A stretch of 64,000 bases of DNA from contig CAWGHO010000002.1 in the NCBI GenBank assembly GCA_963822445.1, forward strand, positions 1,792,001 to 1,856,000. Reading direction: 5' to 3'. A model generated the notes under the pieces. That model saw only the letters and a program-made list of their open reading frames with translations. It made no database searches and was not told the origin of the DNA. Origin of the DNA: an uncultured Acidobacteriota bacterium. Its GTDB lineage: Bacteria > Acidobacteriota > Thermoanaerobaculia > Gp7-AA8. This document shows positions 60,693 to 64,000 of the stretch, one piece after another. A program made the position numbers and the translations under genes. How positions within the stretch are numbered: position 1 is the first letter of the stretch; each line of letters begins with the position of its first letter.

Positions 60693-62347
60693 CTAGATCC
60701 AGTCGCCCATCTTCTTCAGGAGCTGATCGATCGACAGCAGCTTCTCGCTGCCGTCCGATTCGCGCCGGAAGATGGCGTGGTACCAGCCCTTCATCCCCAC
60801 CGGCGTGTAGACGTCGTTGCCCACCTTCAGCTGACCGCCGGAGACGAGCTTGAGGAACACCTGCTCGTACGCGGACCGGGTCAGGCGGCGGTCGGGGAAG
60901 GGAATCGCGAAGGACTTGCGGCGGCGGTCGCCGGAACGGCGTCGTTCCGAGCTGGCGCGCTCCGCGGCGCTCAGCAGCGAAGTTCCGCGGCGATCGAGAT
61001 ACGGCGACGGACGGCGCGGCACGAGCTTGCCCGGTTTGTCGTTCTTGCGGCGTGAGAGCACTGCTTTCTGGCGCGCGTTGCGGCGCGGCGCGCCCTGAAT
61101 CGGCCGCGGGCGAAGATCATCGAGCAGCTTCGCCTCGGGGAAGCCTTGGCGCTCTCGCGAATCGATTGCTGGCGGACGGCCGGCTCGGAAGCGCTGACGC
61201 TGGCCATCTCCGACTGGTGCTTCTCGCGGGCTTGCTGGCGATCGAGCACGAACTGGTCGATGGTCGGGTGGCCGAATTGACGCCACGGCGCGAGCATCCC
61301 CATCTCCGCCTCGTAGTTCTTCAGCTCGTGGATGACCATGCCCCAGCGGCACAGACGGCCCACGTCTTCGTACGCCGCGGGTCGATCGACCAGCTCGAGC
61401 ATCGACGTGGCCCGGCCGTCGAGCACGGCGAACAGGAGCCGGAAGCTGAAGGGATCGGAGTAACGGCGGATGCTCTTCCGGAAGTACCAGGCCGTTTCCC
61501 TGGCGATCTCGCGCAGCGATTTCTTCTCGCCGAACTGCGTCGTCCAGAGCGGCTCGTGGATGTCCGAGGTGTAGGGGCTTTGCTGGTAGTGGAAATCCTT
61601 GGTCAGCCAGCCCTTGCGGGTGGTGTGCTTGCCCGGAACGACTCCGGCGATGACCGGAATCGGAAGCCTCTCGAGCATGGAGATCTCGTACGAGGGCCAC
61701 ATCATGACCTCGCGGACGATGCCCACGATCAGGGTGGCCGTGGCGATCATCAGGCCGGGATCAGGAGTGAAGTCGACGGTGATCTCGATCCGTCCGCCGC
61801 GCGGCCGGACGCCGACGCCGGTCGAGCGCCGGTTCGAGGCGACGACCATCACCGGCACGGGCAGGATGTACGAAAGCAGCAGCGCCAGCAGCTTCTCGTT
61901 CCGCTTCGCGGTCTGCTGCGACTTCGGGATCTCGTAAGTGATGTTGTAGTGGCTGCTGTACGCCTTCAGGCGCACGGTATGGCCGTTCCTTTTTCCCCAA
62001 TTGGTGAGCTGATCGCGGACGAAGCCGATCTGCTCCCAGAGATTGCGGACCATCCGCGCCGTCGATTCCGGGGCGAGCTCGATCACAGGCGTGACCACCT
62101 CGATGACCCCGCGATCGAAGTAAACCGCCCCGCCGGTGGGAAGCTGCAGCGACGATTTTTCCCGCTTCAGCAGAGGGCGGTCGATGAATGCACTGGGGTG
62201 TTTCCAGTACGGCTCGGGATTGATCTCTTTCTCATCGAGCCAGACGTTGAACTCCGACTCCATGCCGATCACGGGCATGTTCAGACGCGTGCGCCTAAGG
62301 CGCCGCAACTCGCGGTCGAGATCGCTTTTGGGGTTTACTGACGGCAC
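60693..62347 (-). CDS. Divergent PafA/Dop-like carboxylate-amine ligase with Arg-rich tail; apparent 1-nt frameshift at 61137-61140
   Basis: GMESEF (GhExE), LPTGGAVYFDRGVIEVVTP, YSSHYN, RIE. Adding one C to TCC CCG AGG joins the two ORF-track frames; GTG start inferred from a GGAG SD. Confidence 0.7.
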
Positions 62348-62413
62348 TGGAACTCCGGTGGGAAACGTTGACTGCGGACTCTGCTTAAGCAAACGGCCTG
62401 CCGCGTGATTCCC

Positions 62414-62504
62414 GTTACGGGGTTGCGGGGTTGCGGGGTTTCGGGGTGGATTACGAGGCGGCTCTCAATAACCCCGTAACCTCGTAACCCCGCGACCCCG
62501 TAAC
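62414..62504. repeat. Inverted tandem octamer hairpin (TTRCGGGG)n/(CCCCGTAA)n
   Basis: GTTACGGGGTTGCGGGGTTGCGGGGTTTCGGGG ... AACCCCGTAACCTCGTAACCCCGCGACCCCGTAAC. Confidence 0.88.
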
Positions 62505-63199
62505 TACTCGTCCTCGGTCGCAACCGCCGTCCGCCGATCCTTCCTTCTCCGTTCCTCGAAGGCGAAGCGGGGCCGGCTTTCCTGCGGCTGTTCCATCCGG
62601 TCTTCGCTGATTTCCCGCGGGACCAGGGTGATGTAGCCGAGGTCGAGATGGACGTGATCGTCGGCATTCTTGCCGGTGACGTGGCCATACGGCAGCACGT
62701 TCACCTCGTCCGTCAGGTCCTCGGCGATCTCGTTGTATTTCTCGATCAACTCCCGTGTTCGGAGGATGTTCGAGCCGATCCGATAGACGTCTGCGGCCGT
62801 GGCCCACATGTGGGGCGAGGCGTTGAGGGAAAGCTTGTGAGAGGGCGAGCGGTAACCGCCGTTCACGGCGATGTGGACCGAAGCGCCCGCGGCGGAACGG
62901 TACTGCTCCAGATAAAAAGCCAGCAGGCGCACGGCGCAGGGAACGTACCGCGGGTACTGGTGCAGCCGGACCGCTTCCTTCAGATCGCTGAGGATGAACT
63001 CGTTCAGGCCGAAATGAGGTGTGAGCTTCGTCGCCAGAGCCACTTCATGCGAGGGGATCTCGTAGAAATAACGCGGCAGGCGATGGCGCCGCCCCTGGGC
63101 GTCGCGAACCATTTCGCCAGGCTTCAGAATCGAACGCAGCTCGTCGTCGAGATCGAAGGCGTCGACGACTTTCAAACCCTGTTCTTCATCACTACTCAT
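62504..63199 (-). CDS. Peptidase M15A-like (D-Ala-D-Ala carboxypeptidase/LAS) zinc peptidase, no signal peptide
   Basis: LTPHFGLNEF, GGYRSPSH, SPHMWATAAD (H...D), DHVHLD. Confidence 0.8.
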   Translation of the reverse strand: MSSDEEQGLKVVDAFDLDDELRSILKPGEMVRDAQGRRHRLPRYFYEIPSHEVALATKLTPHFGLNEFILSDLKEAVRLHQYPRYVPCAVRLLAFYLEQYRSAAGASVHIAVNGGYRSPSHKLSLNASPHMWATAADVYRIGSNILRTRELIEKYNEIAEDLTDEVNVLPYGHVTGKNADDHVHLDLGYITLVPREISEDRMEQPQESRPRFAFEERRRKDRRTAVATEDE

Positions 63200-64000
63200 A
63201 GGTACTTCCGGCCAGCGTATTGAAGATGTCGCGAGAGACGTCCGCGACTGCCGTTCCGCGTCCGGATTCCGGGCCGAACTGCGTGAGGATCACCAGCACG
63301 TAAGGCTTGCGATCCTCCAGAAACACGATTCCCGCGTCGTGATGCACGGTGGAGATGTTGCCGGTCTTGTGCGCGACCCGCGCCGCCTTCGGCAATCCCG
63401 CCGGAATGCCGCTGCGGTACTGCTGCTCGAGCATGATCTCGAGCATGTCGTCGCAGGCCTTCTGCGAGTAAGCCTTCCCGTCGGCGATCAGCCGCAGGAG
63501 CTTGAGCAGGCCGTTGGCCGTGACTTCGTTGTTGAGTCCCGTCTCGAACGCGCGCTGATCCTCGACGCCGCGAAGCACGCGGATGCCGTCGATCTCCAGC
63601 TCGTCGAGCGACAACTGAATGGTGTTGATTCCGACGACGTCGACCAGCAAGTTCGTCGCGAGATTGGACGACTTGGTGATCATCCAGTACGCGAGCTCGC
63701 GCACGGTCAGGGTCTTGCCGAGATGGCCGTACACGTCGGGATCGGCGTCGCGGCCGAGGTCGAGCATGAACGGCTCCTGGTTGACGATGCTGGTGAAGCG
63801 GTTGCGGATGTGGACCGGCGCTTCGAGATTGAGCTCGCCGCGGTCGACTTGCCGGAACACGCCGAGGAGCACGGCCAGCTTCATCGTCGACGCGGCGTGG
63901 AAGTAGTCGTCGGCGTTGTACGACCACTGGATGGTCGTCTCGGCGTCGAAGAAGGAGATGCCCAGATCCTCGAGGCCATGCTCCTGCTTGATCTTCAGGA
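63192..64000 (-). CDS. Class A beta-lactamase-like serine hydrolase, 5' end outside window
   Basis: Manual extension gives FHAASTMK (SxxK), SSN (SxN) and AHKTG (KTG). Confidence 0.9.
   Translation of the reverse strand, partial: LKIKQEHGLEDLGISFFDAETTIQWSYNADDYFHAASTMKLAVLLGVFRQVDRGELNLEAPVHIRNRFTSIVNQEPFMLDLGRDADPDVYGHLGKTLTVRELAYWMITKSSNLATNLLVDVVGINTIQLSLDELEIDGIRVLRGVEDQRAFETGLNNEVTANGLLKLLRLIADGKAYSQKACDDMLEIMLEQQYRSGIPAGLPKAARVAHKTGNISTVHHDAGIVFLEDRKPYVLVILTQFGPESGRGTAVADVSRDIFNTLAGSTYE

Noticed and set aside
63192-64000. Antibiotic-resistance beta-lactamase call
   Set aside because: SxxK/SxN/KTG motifs are shared with many non-resistance serine hydrolases; the N-terminus is missing and there is no mobile context.

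Overview
High-GC, gene-dense bacterial chromosomal window. Gene content and style (acidobacterial-type VWA protein, RRRSVR-motif secreted protein, RomR-like regulator) suggest Acidobacteriota, possibly Thermoanaerobaculia; this is inference. Most genes are housekeeping: asnB (partial), purB, ndk, gap-pgk, mtnA, panB-panC-panD-like, gpmI, argS, the murQ-anmK-nagA-nagB recycling operon, miaA, comEC, sucCD and tRNA-Pro(CGG), which is followed by a small Phd/PIN toxin-antitoxin islet. Most notable observations: (1) a right-end operon encoding a class A beta-lactamase-like serine hydrolase, a signal-less M15 metallopeptidase and a divergent PafA/Dop-like carboxylate-amine ligase with a DRR/ERR-rich tail, with no pup or proteasome genes nearby; (2) REP-like palindromic elements found both between genes and in frame inside rlpA, a pxpBC-like fusion (twice) and an RlmD-like gene; (3) inverted 7-8-mer tandem-repeat hairpins abutting stop and start codons; (4) an RBS-sequestering leader upstream of panB, in an operon with a degenerate PanD; (5) a CYTH gene whose 3' half switches codon style at the edge of a lower-GC patch. 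Three 1-nt frameshifts fall in short G/C runs and may be sequencing errors. All product calls come from motif recognition by eye; no database searches were run.
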